Part shown: piece after piece, positions 25,401 through 39,640 of the stretch | How the letters are laid out: each line of letters starts with the position of its first letter | Position numbering within the stretch: position 1 is the stretch's first letter | Assembly (NCBI GenBank): GCA_973851085.1 | Contig: OZ316776.1 | Location: 1,426,001-1,490,000, forward strand | DNA: 64,000 nt | Origin: Ptychomitrium polyphyllum | Lineage: Eukaryota | Reading direction: 5' to 3' | Made by a program: the position numbers and the translations under genes | Notes under the pieces: generated by a model | What the model was told of the DNA's origin: nothing | Database searches by the model: none | Seen by the model: only the letters and a program-made list of their open reading frames with translations

Positions 25401-27966
25401 AAAGTTCCTTAGAACACAAAATTCTTTCTGCTTGAAAATCACCCTCAGATCAAAGTCAGGAGAAATATAACAGTCAAAAGCTTTGCATTCGCCTTTCTTC
25501 ATAGACCAATCAATTGCCAACAAGTATGTGAAGAATCGGATGCCAAATCAATGTCCATCTGTCCAACAATCCAATGTCAATTGTGCATTGCGTGAGGATT
25601 AAAGTCTGAAAATGCAGAGCATCAACAATCACATGCTAGTTAACCAGAAAGCAATAGAAACTCAGAAGTAGCAGCCATGAGCATCAGATCAGTTGACTGC
25701 ATCTAACCATGATTTCAATTTGATTTCCATTGAAACTCAGCCCTGTTGAAGATTCAAGGCTTCACTCATTCTAGTGGAATTTTTTCTGAAGTTTTAACCA
25801 AAACATTTCATTCAAGTATCTTCCAGATCGAGAGCAAATATGTTGGATGTAAAACGGGTAGTGTGGAGTGCCTGCCAATCAAGATATTTAAGTTCACTTT
25901 CGGCATCAAGTACTGTCTATGAAGAAAACAAAGCCTTCAACATGTTGCTGAAGTGGACTTCAATTCAGAGATCAAAGGGTTCAAGCGCCACCATTCGTTG
26001 AGATGTCCCACATGCAGATACAGCTTTCAGGTGGTTTTGAAAGGCGTGTCGCAGTGTGACTCTTGGAAGTTGTAACGTACTATTGATGTTATACGTTTTG
26101 TAGTATTGGTAGCACACTGGGCAATTTGAAAAAAAAATTTAATGAGAAATTCTGTCAATCTTTCAAGTTACACAAACAGCATGCAAACATCGCCATGTCC
26201 ACAGCCACAAAATGATTACGAAATTATCAGATTTGCATTAGAACTACCAACATCACTAGTAAATTTTATTGAAAACGGAGGCTAGAGAAGCCCATACATC
26301 CTGTTTACCACCAAGTTTAAGTGAACTGAACCTAGAGTTGTTTTGAGGGCATTGATAGCCTGATGAGATGTCCTTCAATTGCTGTCCGGAAAAAAGAGAG
26401 GATAGCGTGATGAGAGAAAGTGGTATTTGCAATAGGTTCTTCTTCCTCAAGAAGGTCTCTAAGAAAGAGACTCATGAAGGGACCATGCAGTAAACGACGA
26501 CCTAATCATGAAAGGCTAATGTTCTCCACTCTGTTCTGCCGCTTCCCTAAGTTTACTTGGTCTTGCAATGTCAATTAAGTGTTGGTTTTTCGGTTTTACA
26601 AGACATTGATGTAAACTGAAAGTAGATATTATAGCAAACTTGCTCATAGTACGTATAAAAGATTCAAGGTACCCAGATGCTATTGAGTTTTTGTTTGTTG
26701 ATTCATATTGCTATAAACCTGCGAGAACATGATAATTTCTATTTGCTAAATACAGGCTACATTTCAAATGTGAAAATTATGATAAGAAGTTAAGTTTGTG
26801 CAACATAGGCATTCCACTTATAAAACTCGTCGCAGGCCTTATCATTACTCGATCAATTGCTCACGTTCACTTCCAAAGTTTATAGCTGACAGTTAAAAAA
26901 AATATGGTAGAAGTTGGACTTCGACTTATAAAACACATTAGTACAAGAGATGCCCACTACTTAGCACTTACAAGTGCAGTATTGTACTTCACTGTACACC
27001 CAAGTAACTCAGAAGATGTGATGACAGTGGAATGAATTTCCATTTGTGTCCAAAAGATTTTAAACTAAAATAATGGTAAGTTAGAAGGCGAGAAGCATAA
27101 ACAGCAGTCACTTTAGTCCGGCAGGCAAACACTGTTATGAACACCTACAGAGCTTGAGTTTAACAGGCATGTCACTATGAACACCTAAAGAACTGTTGCA
27201 TAATACTCTTAAACTTGTGTTGCACACAAATTGAGCTCGGTTCAATTAAAAACAAACTGTTCACTGTGTCATCAATGCAAAATTGGATAGATGCTGAATG
27301 GCGAACGAATCCAGAACAAGGGCAGATTCTGAACAGCAAACCAGTAACAGTACCAGGATATAATACACACTAGTCATCAAACGATTATGTTTCAGGGGAC
27401 ACGTCTCGACCGGACAGAAAGAAGAGGTATATAAATTCTATGGATTTAGAATACATATGTAATTCATATCAAGAAATCTGCCTACCCCGGTTCCACAACT
27501 ATTCTCTGGCGGAGAGAAAGACTCGGCTAACTTGGTTCCGTAACAATCTGGAGAAAGCACGACAGAGGATGTCGAACGGGTCCCTCCAAAGAATGATGCT
27601 AACAAGGTTCGCTGCTAAGAACGTTGATGAACTACTTGTAACGAATTTGTGTATATCAGAGTATATGGTAAGACAATCTTTTACCATACCTTTCAGAAAG
27701 CAAAAAATTGGTGTGAAATGTGCAACTCGAAGCAGACTTCAGATCGGTGTAAACCTGCGATTACAATGGCGTTAGAACTTCAAATCTTGATTATAACAAA
27801 TAGAGGTCGATGAAGAGTCATCTGGGACCCGCAGTTGAGATTTCAAAGTTGAAGATTTAGTGAACATATCACTGTAAATCTTGTCATACTGGATTGCACC
27901 AGAGACACCTGATTGAAGTCCATCTTGGAGCAAAAAAGATTTGAGCATTATTTCAAAGCTGGAGAC

Positions 27967-28787
27967 CTATCTTGTCTTGCCTCGCAAATACGTATTTTCA
28001 TGGAGACCGATGCTGGAAACGGAGTGAGATGCGTGCTTGGAATGAGATGCGTGGTCGTGATGCAGCGCTGTCCTGGTATGGTGCTGCGAAATCCCGTCGT
28101 TGAAAGCCTTGAGCTGTTCCGATGTAGCGAACTTGTTCGGGGTCGGCATTCTCATAACGAAAATCTCTGGTTCAGTTAAATCCTTGCTCGACTCCACCTC
28201 TGGCAAGATTTAACCACCCCAACAATCGAAGTCGTATCAGCACAACAAAAGAAGTCACAAAAACTAATCTCAAACCAAACCAACTTCCACCAAGACCTTC
28301 GAATTTGCAACAACTCGACGCTGACACAACTAATAGTCACACCCAGAATCACCAGCCAAGGTGAAACGGCAAATTCGTTACCAGTCACCAACCTCTCCCT
28401 GTCGATGTAACAACTGCCAAAATGAAAAAAAGTTACAGGTACTCTCGATACTATCCGAAGTAACAAGAAGAATCCGAGATTATGGTAGAAGAGGAAAATT
28501 GGTGCACCTGACGAACCCGCCCACAGGATAAAGAAGACGAAGATCATCAAGAGAGGAATCAAGTGAATACGCGACACAGGCTCCGGCCGCGCGGTCTTCT
28601 TATTCGGCGAATACACATCCACGCCCGTGGCCCCGTTGGACTTCACCCGCAGATCGATCTCGCCGCGGTTGCCCATGTCCACCACAATAGAGCCCATGCC
28701 GCTCTTGGGGCGCGCTAGCGATGGCGGACTCATGTGCTGGCCTGTCGACTGCAGAACTTCGACAGTCTCCTCCAAGTTCAGTTTCAT
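27967..28787 (-). CDS. Small single-pass membrane protein of unknown function; exons 28787-28508 and 28199-27967
   Basis: MKLNLEETVEV...RIHLIPLLMIFVFFILWAGSS, then a phase-1 GT-AG intron into EVESSKDL...RGKTR*. The IHLIPLL...FFILW segment resembles a plant small TM-protein family. Confidence 0.72.
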
Positions 28788-31700
28788 AGTAAGCCTACCA
28801 ACACCGTTGCCTAAAACCTCGAACCCTAACGCAACCACCAAACAACCCTCCCAACAAAAAGCTTTCCCCCCCGAAAAGCCGCAAGCACCCCCAACTCCTC
28901 CAAAGTTGCAGCGTTACCGGTCACGACCTCCACACGTCGCAACCAAGAATCTAGGCAGCAATGCAAAGAACTCCACAATCATGACCCAACTCAAACCTTC
29001 TCTCGAACTCACCTTCCTAACGCTTCTTGCAATCTTCACAAAAACGGAAACTTTTGTAAAACTCTCTGATTATCACGACTGCAGATCAACCCCTGCTCTC
29101 TATACCGAACCCTAGAGCTCAAGATCAGTGGAATTCAATCAACAAAACATGATTGTGATAAACTCTACAACATCAGATCGTGCAGATGATGAAGTAATAG
29201 CTCAGCTGCGGCACCTTTGAGAATGGGATTCGTCGAGAAAGGAAAGCACCACTTCCAGCTACAGACTCGCTGCGATGGCGAAATGGCTGAGCTACAGCAA
29301 CTGTGTCCCCGTTTTGGGCGGACTTTTGCTATTTGCGGATCGAAAGATGGCTGACCTCGTAAGTGGCGCTCCCCTGTAGCATTTCCCGGGTCTACAGTTT
29401 CAGGGTCAACTTGGGGACGCACAACACCATCGTCGGTAGTTCCGAGATGTGCTGCTCGACACTTGCAGATCTAGATTTGAACTCCCGGCTTCTACCGAAA
29501 AACTTCACGAAAAGCAGTACTTATCTGTTTCCACGAGGGAAATCTTATAAGATTAGAAATCATCTTTTCACACGTTTCTAGTCAGGTCCAGTACGTCTGT
29601 TGCACTTTGGCATCGACATGGCAACGTAGCATGTTCTTGGCATGTTGACGTTGATCTTTTCATCCTGTGCAGTTGTGGTGGATCGAAATGTGATAACTTC
29701 TCAGGTGTAGTAAGTTTGTTTCAGAAGAAATAACCAAAAAAATTAAATGTAGATCAGGAGTACAGTGAGTCTCAGGTGCAGTGTCGTACGACGTACTGTG
29801 GTAATTCTTTAAAAAGGATACCTCAAATGGCATGAAACGAAAAAACGATATTTAGTGATTTGAGTAGGTGAGGTACACTGTTCGTTTTGGGAGTAGAACT
29901 GTTTGCTTGGTTGCTGTGTTTGTGGTAGGAATTCATCAACGACGAGTCTGTTTGAGTTTGCTTTTTCTGGCGCCAGCTTTGTATTGCAAACTGCACTGGG
30001 GCCACTTGATTGGATAGTGTTCGAAATGGAACACTATAATTGATGGGGAGCAGGCAGGCAAGGCATGTGGGCACCGAAAAGAGTGGAAGGTGAGGATACC
30101 GTAACCAGCGTGAGCATGGAACCTTTTTATGTTTACCATATAATTATCTAATTTTTAATAGTATGAAATGAAATGCATTTAGCAAGATTGAAATGGACAT
30201 TACCATTCCGTATGCAAATTAATTATTCAGGAAAGTGAAGAATAGTGATAATAGTTTACTGTAGACCATGGTGGTTTGCAGAGCGAACAGGCCAACCTCT
30301 CTCGTTCTCCAGATTATCATGCAAATGAAGCACAGATTTGCAGACCAAAAAGAGAAAGAAGTTTGTTTCAAGATGTGGAACTTACACACGCTGCAAACGT
30401 TTCACTGAATGTTTTGCTCCGACAGAGACTTAGAACGAATAAAAATATTTATAAAAAATTAGGATGCCATGAAATCTTTTTTTGGAATATTTCGGTAGCA
30501 TAGTAGAGATTTCTATCCCAACAAAATGATATCTTGCAGCAAAGCCACTCATCCTGTTCCGAACAGTTTCGAGTTACTTTAGATTTTCAAATCACAGCAT
30601 TCACCTTGTGGCACACGGAAGTAACTGAGTGTGAATACTCCACAGAACTGTTGAGATTCTGTGTAGACAGCCAAATTACAAAGTTGAGGGCAATGGACTC
30701 AATCTTAACACTGTAGCACCATTTGTATCAAACAAATCCCTAGAATGACCAAGCTGAAAAATAGCAATAGTACTTTGAACAATCACAACTAAAAATAATA
30801 ACTTGTGTACAATATGGCTCCTTTGTAGAAATTTTTAATGATTCACTTTTGAGATATGAAGAGGTATGGAAATTGGTGCTTGGTCCAAATGGATACTTGG
30901 ATATTTAATTTAAAGAATTAAGGAGAGGAAAAAACTTGAAGAAGGATTAATCCTTAACTTGGGTCAATTCCATTGAGGTTAGAATTCCATGTAGTTTGGA
31001 CAGGTTTGAAGGTTGTTGATGCCTAAAAACCTGGTCAAATTGTGTTCAATAATTGCATCCAATAATTGTTTGAATTGCTAAAATAAGAATTAGAATTTCT
31101 TTAAATCTTATTTAAGTTTTAACATATCATCTAAGAGAAAACCCTAAGCTTGGGATTATTCATATTACATATTGCCATTACAAGAACTCAAGCCATGTGA
31201 TTTACACACCCATTCCACCAAACCTCAGTCATTTATAGAAAAATACGATTAGATGACTTCTCTTCATGTCTGTGGTGACCTGCCAACTTGAAATTATATT
31301 TTAAAGAAATTTCCTATAATTTTACGGCATACGACTCCGTGAAAATTTTACCTTCAGATTTTTGAAATATTTTCTATTAAATCCTTGTCTACAGTAAAAC
31401 TTCCCAAAAGAACGATACATGTGGAATACAAAATTGCAGCTAAAAGAACATCTTCCATGAAAATGTAGTCTTCAGGCACTGAGGCACTGAGGCACTAATT
31501 AGTAAACTGAGTCTTCACCTGAGTGGTCGTTGCTTTGCTCTCTTTCCATGGAATCTTCGGGAATCAAACTTCCTCAATCCTAAAGGTGTGGCGACCAGTC
31601 ATTACAAAGCACACACGAGTCAAAAATCCTCGCTTGGGGTGCAGGGAATTACCAAATGATTTCAGTTAGTTAGTTACTCCAAGTTCAGCGGCCCAAACAA

Positions 31701-32485
31701 TAAAACTATAACCTCACCTTGGCTGTAACACACTAGTCTCAGCCTGCACACCTTGCTGAAAGAGTGTAACTCGACCGTGCATGCCGGTTGTTGCTCATGT
31801 GTTCGCTAGATAAAATATTTCCCCTAAGGGAGTGCTTTACCCTACACATAAATTGCATTTTTGGAAAATGGACAAGATTCAACGCTGGAAATTAAACTAG
31901 GCTCCTTCAGCCTTTTATGAGCAGAGTAGGATCACAAATTTCAACATCACTTATGTTAAGTTCACAAGCATGTTAATGTCTAGTTGAGAACAGTTATGAA
32001 TAGAATCGGTACTGGCAGATAAAAACTTGCCAAAACAACCAACAAGAAACCACTGCTATTCGTCACATTTAAAATACAAAAAACCACTATAACCGAAAGT
32101 TGGGCTAACGATAAAGTATCTCAAATAATTTACATCCTACTGAATATACGTCTTCTTGCGTATAGAAAAATCAAGTATCGCCTGTGATGTATACCAACAA
32201 CCTCAAAAGACAAAGGTCTTTCTCATCATCTCTATACTGTTAACTTGTCGTCAATGTTAAACACCGACATCCTATTACTTTCCAACCTTTACAGCGTAAA
32301 ACAAAGTTACAACACTTCCCAGAAAAATGGAACACTTGACCTCTTGCTAACTAGTACAACTTAGTCCTTATAATCCCAAAATGTCAAGAGGAGAACATAC
32401 GTTTGACTAGCTGCTAAGCTTCATTCAGGAATCGAATATTGGCAGGCCATTCACACCGTCTAAGCAAGATTAAGCTGCAAGCTTG

Positions 32486-35400
32486 TCAGCCAAAAGGATT
32501 ACCGCCAGCTGGACGTACAACATTCTGTGTATGAAACTGATTGCCTGGGTATGGAGCGTCTTGACCAAAGGGGTGCGTAGACATGTATCCGCCAGAAACA
32601 TTAGGCTGCCTGCAAAATATGGATTGCAATAAACAGTTGAGATAATCATCAACCTTCGATCACAAGAAGATTTCTAAATTTACAGAATCTATAAAACCCC
32701 AGATTGTTCATAAATAAGCAACTGATATGAAGTGTGGAGCTACGCTTTTGGTGAAAACACAACCAATAGACAAAATGGAGAGATGGAAAGTGAATAATAA
32801 AAACGACTCGAAATCCAGTGACAAGACTTACACTGGGAACGGGGCCATCTGGAAAGATGGCCGTGTCTGATCTGGGCTAAAATTGAAAGACCCTGACAGA
32901 ACACAACAGATATCATTTTAAAAAAAGGTCCATAATATTTTTTTAAACAAACGAATCGTTCATGCAAGAGGAAAATCATGCAAAAATAGTTGATTAGGAT
33001 ACAAAGGCTCACTTCTTTTCGAGAAGTACATTAAATTTCTCACGAAAATGTTTCCAACCACGCTCACGTGTTAACAGAAAATCTGAAGATACAACTTGAA
33101 CTAAGATCTATCTCGCGATATTCAATATGAGTACCTGAAGGTGAAGGAGTATTATTGAACTGTGTGAAAGAATATGTCCAATCATGTGAAGCCGCATTAG
33201 TTGGCAAAGTCTGTTGTAACGATGCCGGAACAGCCTCCATAGCAGAAACTCCACTACTCAAAGGCATTGTTGGTGGCAATGCTGCTTGTAATGCATCCAT
33301 ACTTGGGAACTGCTACGACAATTACATTAAACAACCAAAATATAAGTAACCAATAGCATGCATTGACAAAACTATTTTACTGCTCCTCGAGCTCACTTAA
33401 AATATAGAAAAAGCTAAGAGCTCCTAATACCATTTACCTGCAAGAAATGTTAAATTCATCATATTTAATGTCTATAACAGCCCAGAAGTTGAAAAACAGT
33501 GACTGGCACACTGTTAAGATCCCGGAATTTAGAACAACAAAACATTTTAAAAACGTGTTTTGTACCTGCATGCTAAAACCAGTAGTGACAGAAGAAGCCA
33601 GACTTGCTGAAGAATCATCATCAAAATCGTCATCGAATGGGTTTCGAGACCTTTGCGTCGGGGTTGCTGGCTGCAATGACATCTGATGAGATAATTCTAA
33701 AGATTGTGGTGTCATTTGAGGGTGGAATATAACTGGGATTTGGTCTAGGGCCTGGCCTTGAGATTGCCCTGAGTTCTGTAGATTCCCAGGAAACCCTCCC
33801 TGTTCGCCCACACATAGAGAAAGAAAAGCTTAGACAGACAACTAGTGTTAACCCCAGAACTGTCAGAGCTACTGCAACCAGAAATCCCAGTACAAGAGTT
33901 TTCTCGTCTGTAACATTCACTTAAAGCTAAGAACAGAACCATGACTTCTGTACATAGGCCACAGAAGTGTAAATTGTCTTGCGCCTACAAAGTTTACCAT
34001 GTTATAGTAGGCCTCCAGAGGAGCATCTAATTGTGGGGGACGGAACACAGGCTGCATTTGTTGGTGTCGATGCATGTCCATGTTGGGCAAACGATCTTCA
34101 AGTGAGGGTGCAAAAAAATTCTACATGACAGGAAACAATCGCGTTAATAGCTTCCGGCAAGTCTTTCTTCAAATCTCACAATTATCAGTGTTCTAGAACA
34201 GGTCATTAGCATATAACTAGGCATGGAAGAGTCCCAAATCAAGCTGAAATATACGACAGTCGACAAGGAAAAAAGTGCGTAAATGAAGATGTACTTGAGG
34301 AAGTTGTCGCTGCGTTGAAGGTTGCCCTAGACTTGATATGCTTTGTGAAACACTTGAGGATATAGCATTGAATTGCTCCAGATTGGAAACCGCCTGCCAG
34401 TGCAATAACACAGAAAATCAGCAAAGAAAATTTGAACTCCAAAAGAGATGTTTAGGCAGCTGACTGCACAAGAAGGTCCTTTTCTAGCAAAAGGCGAATC
34501 TATGTGAGCACCTCCAAATATAAACGTACATTCAAGAACGCAATCTCGTCAGAATCGGAAGTAAAACACTCTGATAACTAAAGCAACGAGTTCCTTCCAG
34601 CCCAGGCACCATAAACGAGCTCCTAACCTTAGGAGGATTCGGTGTCCCAAAGCTTGACCAAGAATCTAGACTGCTCGTCTGTTGACCCCATCCAGACTCA
34701 GCCCATTGACTACTCTCAGTTTTAGAGGCAGGATAACCAGGTGGGGCTGGTGGTGTAGGCGATGCATTGAAGGTAGCCCAGCTGTCGCTTGTTGCTGGCG
34801 ATGCCTGAGTGGTTTCTGCAAATGGATCTTCCGTCCCACCAGAGATTCCTGAAGCTCCAGCTTCTCCATTGATGTCAATTAAACTGGATGAGTTTGCTCT
34901 CTTGTGATCCAGTGTCGTTGGAGTAGTTACTCTATCATCCCCTAAAGCTCCAAAACTTTGTGAACTCAGTGTGCTCTTGCGTCCATCAACCTAGAATATG
35001 AAAGAAATAATCAAATGTTGTTGCCCAAAAGTACAAAGACAAAGGAATCCACAACGTTCACAAAACAACTCCCAGTAATTTACTATTGCTGCCTGTGGCA
35101 TCTTCACTGAGAAAGAAGAAATAGCAAGTCACCACCTCAAATCATTCATTGCAGTACACTTACCGAAGATCGAGCAGACGAATTCGGAGAGTCCCCCTTA
35201 AAAACTTCCACACGCAGTCCTGGTATATCTCCAAGAAGGTCTGTGATTGACTGAGCAGGCGGAGGTGTGATATCGAAGTCTTTGAAACTAAATGGTCGGG
35301 ATAAAACGCGCTTCTCTCGACCGTTCGGTTTAGGTGACTGCTGTTCAAGCCTTTCATCACGATCGTCATAACTGTGACGGGTTGGCCGTGGTGGTGCCTG

Positions 35401-36959
35401 AGGACTGCCTAAAGTTTTAGGACTGCCCCTGTTACCTATCGAACTTCGGTCAAAATCAGACTTGCGTCTATTGATCGAATCCTTGCCGCCCACATGGTCA
35501 TCAAAAGAGAGACTTCGCAAATCAGATGGCCGTTCCACCTTCGATTCGGGCCGGCGCAACTCTACAACAGGTTCTTCCTGTCAAGATATAATTGTCTTTA
35601 GTAGGGCAATTTCCAATTTTCCCAACAAAATGACGACCTTGAACCATTTTGGCAAGAAAGTAAAAAATGAAACTATATTTTCCCTCTCCTTCTGAAGCAA
35701 ATGAAATTGTCAAGCTTGGTAATTCGTATTGGACCGACTAACCTGCTGAGCACTGGGAGGTTTATCTCCTGCATAAAGCCTCTTCTCGTATACTCGCTTA
35801 ATGAAATCCCGCAGCTTATCTGGATTTCTGTGATCACAAAGTTCAATACGACAACAATCAATCTAACGGGGTTATCCCAATTAGAGGCTTAGCTGTACGC
35901 CAATTTCTTTGCTAGAAATATAAAACTAAAAGCAGTTAAAATACTCACTTACCCACTATCAGGAAGAGCAACCCGCGCTGGATCCAAACTCCTGAAGAAA
36001 GTTTGCCTAGCTTTCTGTTCAGAGATCCAAAAGGTATCAAGAAGGTGTGTCAGCAAAAATTGACTCACTCAATGTGGTAAGTTAAAGTTATGTTGAAGAG
36101 ACGAAAGAACAGGTGTCCTTCCAGAACGACGAACCTCTAAACTTGGAATGTACAATGCACAGACAACTTGAGTTATGACATAAAATTTCTCACTTCCCCA
36201 TTAAACCCAATAACGGATTAAACCCAACAAGCAATTCAGATGTTTAAGCTGCTACGATACCACTGCATTTTACCTCATTGCCACCTGCTTGCAGAGCAGA
36301 CACCTCAGGTGCAGTAAACTTTGCCATAGAAACTGACTTTATACGATGCGAAAATTCTCGACTGTACATTCCACAGCATTGCCACTTGTCAGCACATTTT
36401 CACATTGTAATTCCCTTGTAGTGATCAACAATCTACTCCATTTAGAGGACTTGGTGTGATGAATTTAGCAAAATTTGAAAGATGCACCATCCTGCTTTAG
36501 AATTTCAATCTACACCCAGGTGCTCCAACCTTGCACGAACTGACGAATAGATGTAGCTGTATAAGTCAGTCATTGAGTACTCACTGAATCCCACTACATG
36601 GCGTGCAGACGAAAGTGGAAAAGTTTGTACACACATACTGCGGCCCCTGCAATTTTACCCGAAAAAACATTAACAGCAAACATTAGGAGTGTCTTCTGAT
36701 AACCGAGAGGAAAACTGTAACTACCCTGGACGCCGGAAACCAACTCTTTGGCTGTATCGACAGGTATTAGAGCTTAGCATTAAGCACCAAATCCAGAAGC
36801 ATCAGGAAAAAATGGACGAATGCCGTATCGTTTATCAACAGTAGGTCGGGAGAGAAAACTGACCAAACTGTTGCAGTTAATGCACCGTTTGTTCTCCGGG
36901 AGCTTGAGTAGACGTCGTATGATGGCTTCATTTTTCTCGTCTTCTCTCCGGCTGCCCAT
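32486..36959 (-). CDS. AGD14: ArfGAP-domain protein, AGD14/AGFG1(Hrb)-type, multi-exon
   Basis: Exons read MGSRREDEKNEAIIRRLLKLPENKRCINCNSL|GPQYVCTNFSTFVCTPCSGI..|EFSHRIKSVSMAKFTAPEVSALQAGGNE (CxxC-x16-CxxC ArfGAP zinc finger). Ser/Pro-rich middle, NPF motifs (RNPFDDD and the terminal GGNPFG*), stop TGA at 32486-32488. Not every internal exon boundary was resolved. Confidence 0.9.
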
Positions 36960-38300
36960 TTTGCCGAATGCTTATTCACGAAAAATACTCGGATACTATC
37001 TGCACATCAAGTACGAATTGACTATAATTCAAGAAATAAAAGCTCTTGAAATACATGATAGCAACATGGTTGCTGGAATTGTAAGCTTTCGGCAAAGACA
37101 ACGAGAGAATTAAACTGCAGAGACTGCACATCGCCATTTCCAGAGCTCAGATTCCACAGAGGAACCAGAAATATGTCTACTATTTTAACCCAAGTCAACC
37201 AGAGTGATGATTTAGTCTCATTATGAGCGCCCAGAGTACACATCTCCGAGATCCACATCAGACCTGGAAGCAAATTCATGATTTATCCAGTTCATTGCAA
37301 ATTAAACAATGACTAAGTCAAACCTTCGAATCAATACGCTATGCGTGGCGAAAAACCAACTATCTGCATCCTCGTTAATTTTGAAAACCACTACAAAATC
37401 CTACATTGAGAAAATGTTATCACCTCGTTCCGATAATCTTCCCCACGAGCACACATATTGTATTGCCTAATCCCATAAAAAAATTGCCAGCACTACAACC
37501 ATCATCAGACAGTGCCCTAAAACAAATGGTAAGAGAGAAGGAGACACTTGTGGTATTCAGGTAAAACACACTAACCTAAGGGTACACCTACACAACCGGG
37601 TTACTGCCAATTGAGGACTTAGGTTGTTCTAAAAAGTGTACACGACCAACACTTACAAAGGCTTCCAGCCTGACGATCAACTACATAGACCCCTGCCTAC
37701 TCTCGAAATCAGATGACAGAAAGATACAAGACCCAGTTATGATGAACTATCTCGAACCCTTGGAACCAAACTGTTTCGTTACCAAATTGTATCAACAGTG
37801 CTAACGACCGCGACCAAGAACCCTCCCTGCAACCTCTCTCCCAGCAAATGCAAACATGACACGGCGGAGAAGGAAAGAGTCATGCCACCCGTTGTATCTC
37901 ACAGAATGGGTATCGTCGCTCGTGAAACGGTTGTCACTTCTCGTGCTACAAAGCACCGGATTCACTGATCGCAAGTGTTTCCAAAAAGAGATACGAGAAC
38001 TTGAAACAAACACAAACCCTGACCACGCAACTTCCAGTGGACTCTACCTACACAGAGTAGATCCTCTCATTCGATTCCGAGACGACCTATTTATCACCTA
38101 ACCCTCACATCACACAGACGGCCATCATAACCAACGGTTTGCCTCCAACGCTCCTTGTTCAAAACGTTCCAACTTACTTGCCACAGAAACCACGGGCCTA
38201 ACCCCTGCCCTCGCTCACCAATTCTTCATATATGCACATCTCTTCTAAACCCTCACCCACTCAAGAAGAAAATACAACCACCGACCCGCCCACCTCCAAA

Positions 38301-38313
<13 letters not shown>

Positions 38314-38358
<45 letters not shown>
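38314..38358. repeat. (CT)n microsatellite preceded by a poly-C run, in the presumed ArfGAP 5' leader intron
   Basis: About 22 CT units after a run of about 11 C. Confidence 0.95.
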
Positions 38359-38360
<2 letters not shown>

Positions 38361-39125
38361 ACAAGCACATCTTCCATTAGAGAGAGAAGAAACGCCACCA
38401 AAATGCTTCTCACACCAAACCTTGAGCTAACCTCGGTTTCACTGAACCCGCCCAAAGAGAGCCGTACCGCAATCCGGAAAGCTGCCACAACCAGCACCGG
38501 CAGGAGAAAACCGGAAGGCTTGACCACCCGAATCCCCTTCTCGCCGCACCTGTGACCGCACTCCAGCAAAACCCCCTTTTTGAAAAGAAAATCAACGTTT
38601 TGAAGCCCTGAGCAGCATGAACATGATAAGCAAGGTGAGCTCCAGCGCCTGTGACGGAGAAAGCGGGAGGCAGAGTCAGAAAAGCATGAAGCAAGGCACG
38701 CAAATACAGAACCCACCAGCGCTGCGCATCCACCAGATGGGGGGCGACCACAAGCGCCGGCAAATGGCACCCAGTGGCTGATGGCGACGATCCCGCCGGC
38801 TGCTTCCACCACACCTTGACGCAGTCAATGCCACCAAGCTCCCCACTCTCCTACCCCACAAACATCCATCTCTGTGAAGCCTTCACAACATCAGTCCGTT
38901 CCCACGACGTCGCTCTCTCGCTCAAAGACGAAACATCAGCGCCGTCGAGCTCGAACTTCCCTTGGATGCCTCCCAGGCTTTGACCTTGACGGTCCGGTGA
39001 AGACGAACCTCTTGCTGCTCTGCTAGTGTGTGCGCTTGTGTGCGTGTGTGAGTGTGTGGTTCGATGATTGCGTGAGCAGCAGCGACTCTGTCAATGGGGC
39101 CACAGCGTCGCTGCGGCACGGCATT

Positions 39126-39191
39126 CCGCCAAATCTAGCGATCCCGCCAAGTCTAGGATTTCGCCAATTCTAGCGACTCCGCCAAATCTAG
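39126..39191. repeat. Four spaced copies of YCGCCAANTCTAG (17-18 bp period)
   Basis: Copies start at 39126, 39144, 39161 and 39179, upstream of the ArfGAP transcript. Confidence 0.8.
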
Positions 39192-39543
39192 AGGTTCTAC
39201 AACGGGTGGTGCTGGACGGTGACGGTGGCGCTGGACGGTGAGGGTGGCGCTGTGAGACGGAACGACCGAAGGGCGGAAGTTCGTTCGCTGCCGGGCGTGG
39301 GGCGATAGTTCGTCGGGGTTTCTGGCATTCTTCGTTGTCTGGTTTTTGGTGGATGGGCATCGGTGCTGATGGCCATTTATTCGTTTCCCATGGCAATCAT
39401 GCTAGAGACCGTTATCACTTGGGAGTAATCAGTGCATAACCCATTTTTACATCGTTTTTTCTTGTTTTGTTTCGGTTCCCTTTGCTTTTTTTGGTTTGCT
39501 GCTTTGTTTTACTGGTTGTTGCGAGGCGTGTTAATCAACCCCA

Positions 39544-39640
39544 TAGTTTGAACCTGTACAGTGTAGTTTGAACCTGTATAGTGTAGTTTGAACCTGTATA
39601 GTGTAGTTTAAACCGTATAGTGTAGTTTGAACCTGTATAG
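39544..39640. repeat. 20-bp minisatellite (TAGTTTGAACCTGTAYAGTG, about 5 copies)
   Basis: Nearly identical tandem units; the fourth has a substitution and a 1-nt deletion. Confidence 0.9.

Noticed and set aside
37651..37670. Partial miR477-like complement (TGGAAGCCTTTG) in the ArfGAP leader
   Set aside because: Only the 3' half of the miRNA would pair; the seed-pairing half is missing both genomically and across the candidate splice junctions.
38261..38812. 183-aa minus-strand ORF containing (ER)n
   Set aside because: It lies in the presumed leader intron and is driven by GC-richness and the (CT)n repeat.
39126..39640. CRISPR-like interpretation of the short repeat arrays
   Set aside because: Eukaryotic context, linkers of only 0-5 nt and no cas genes.
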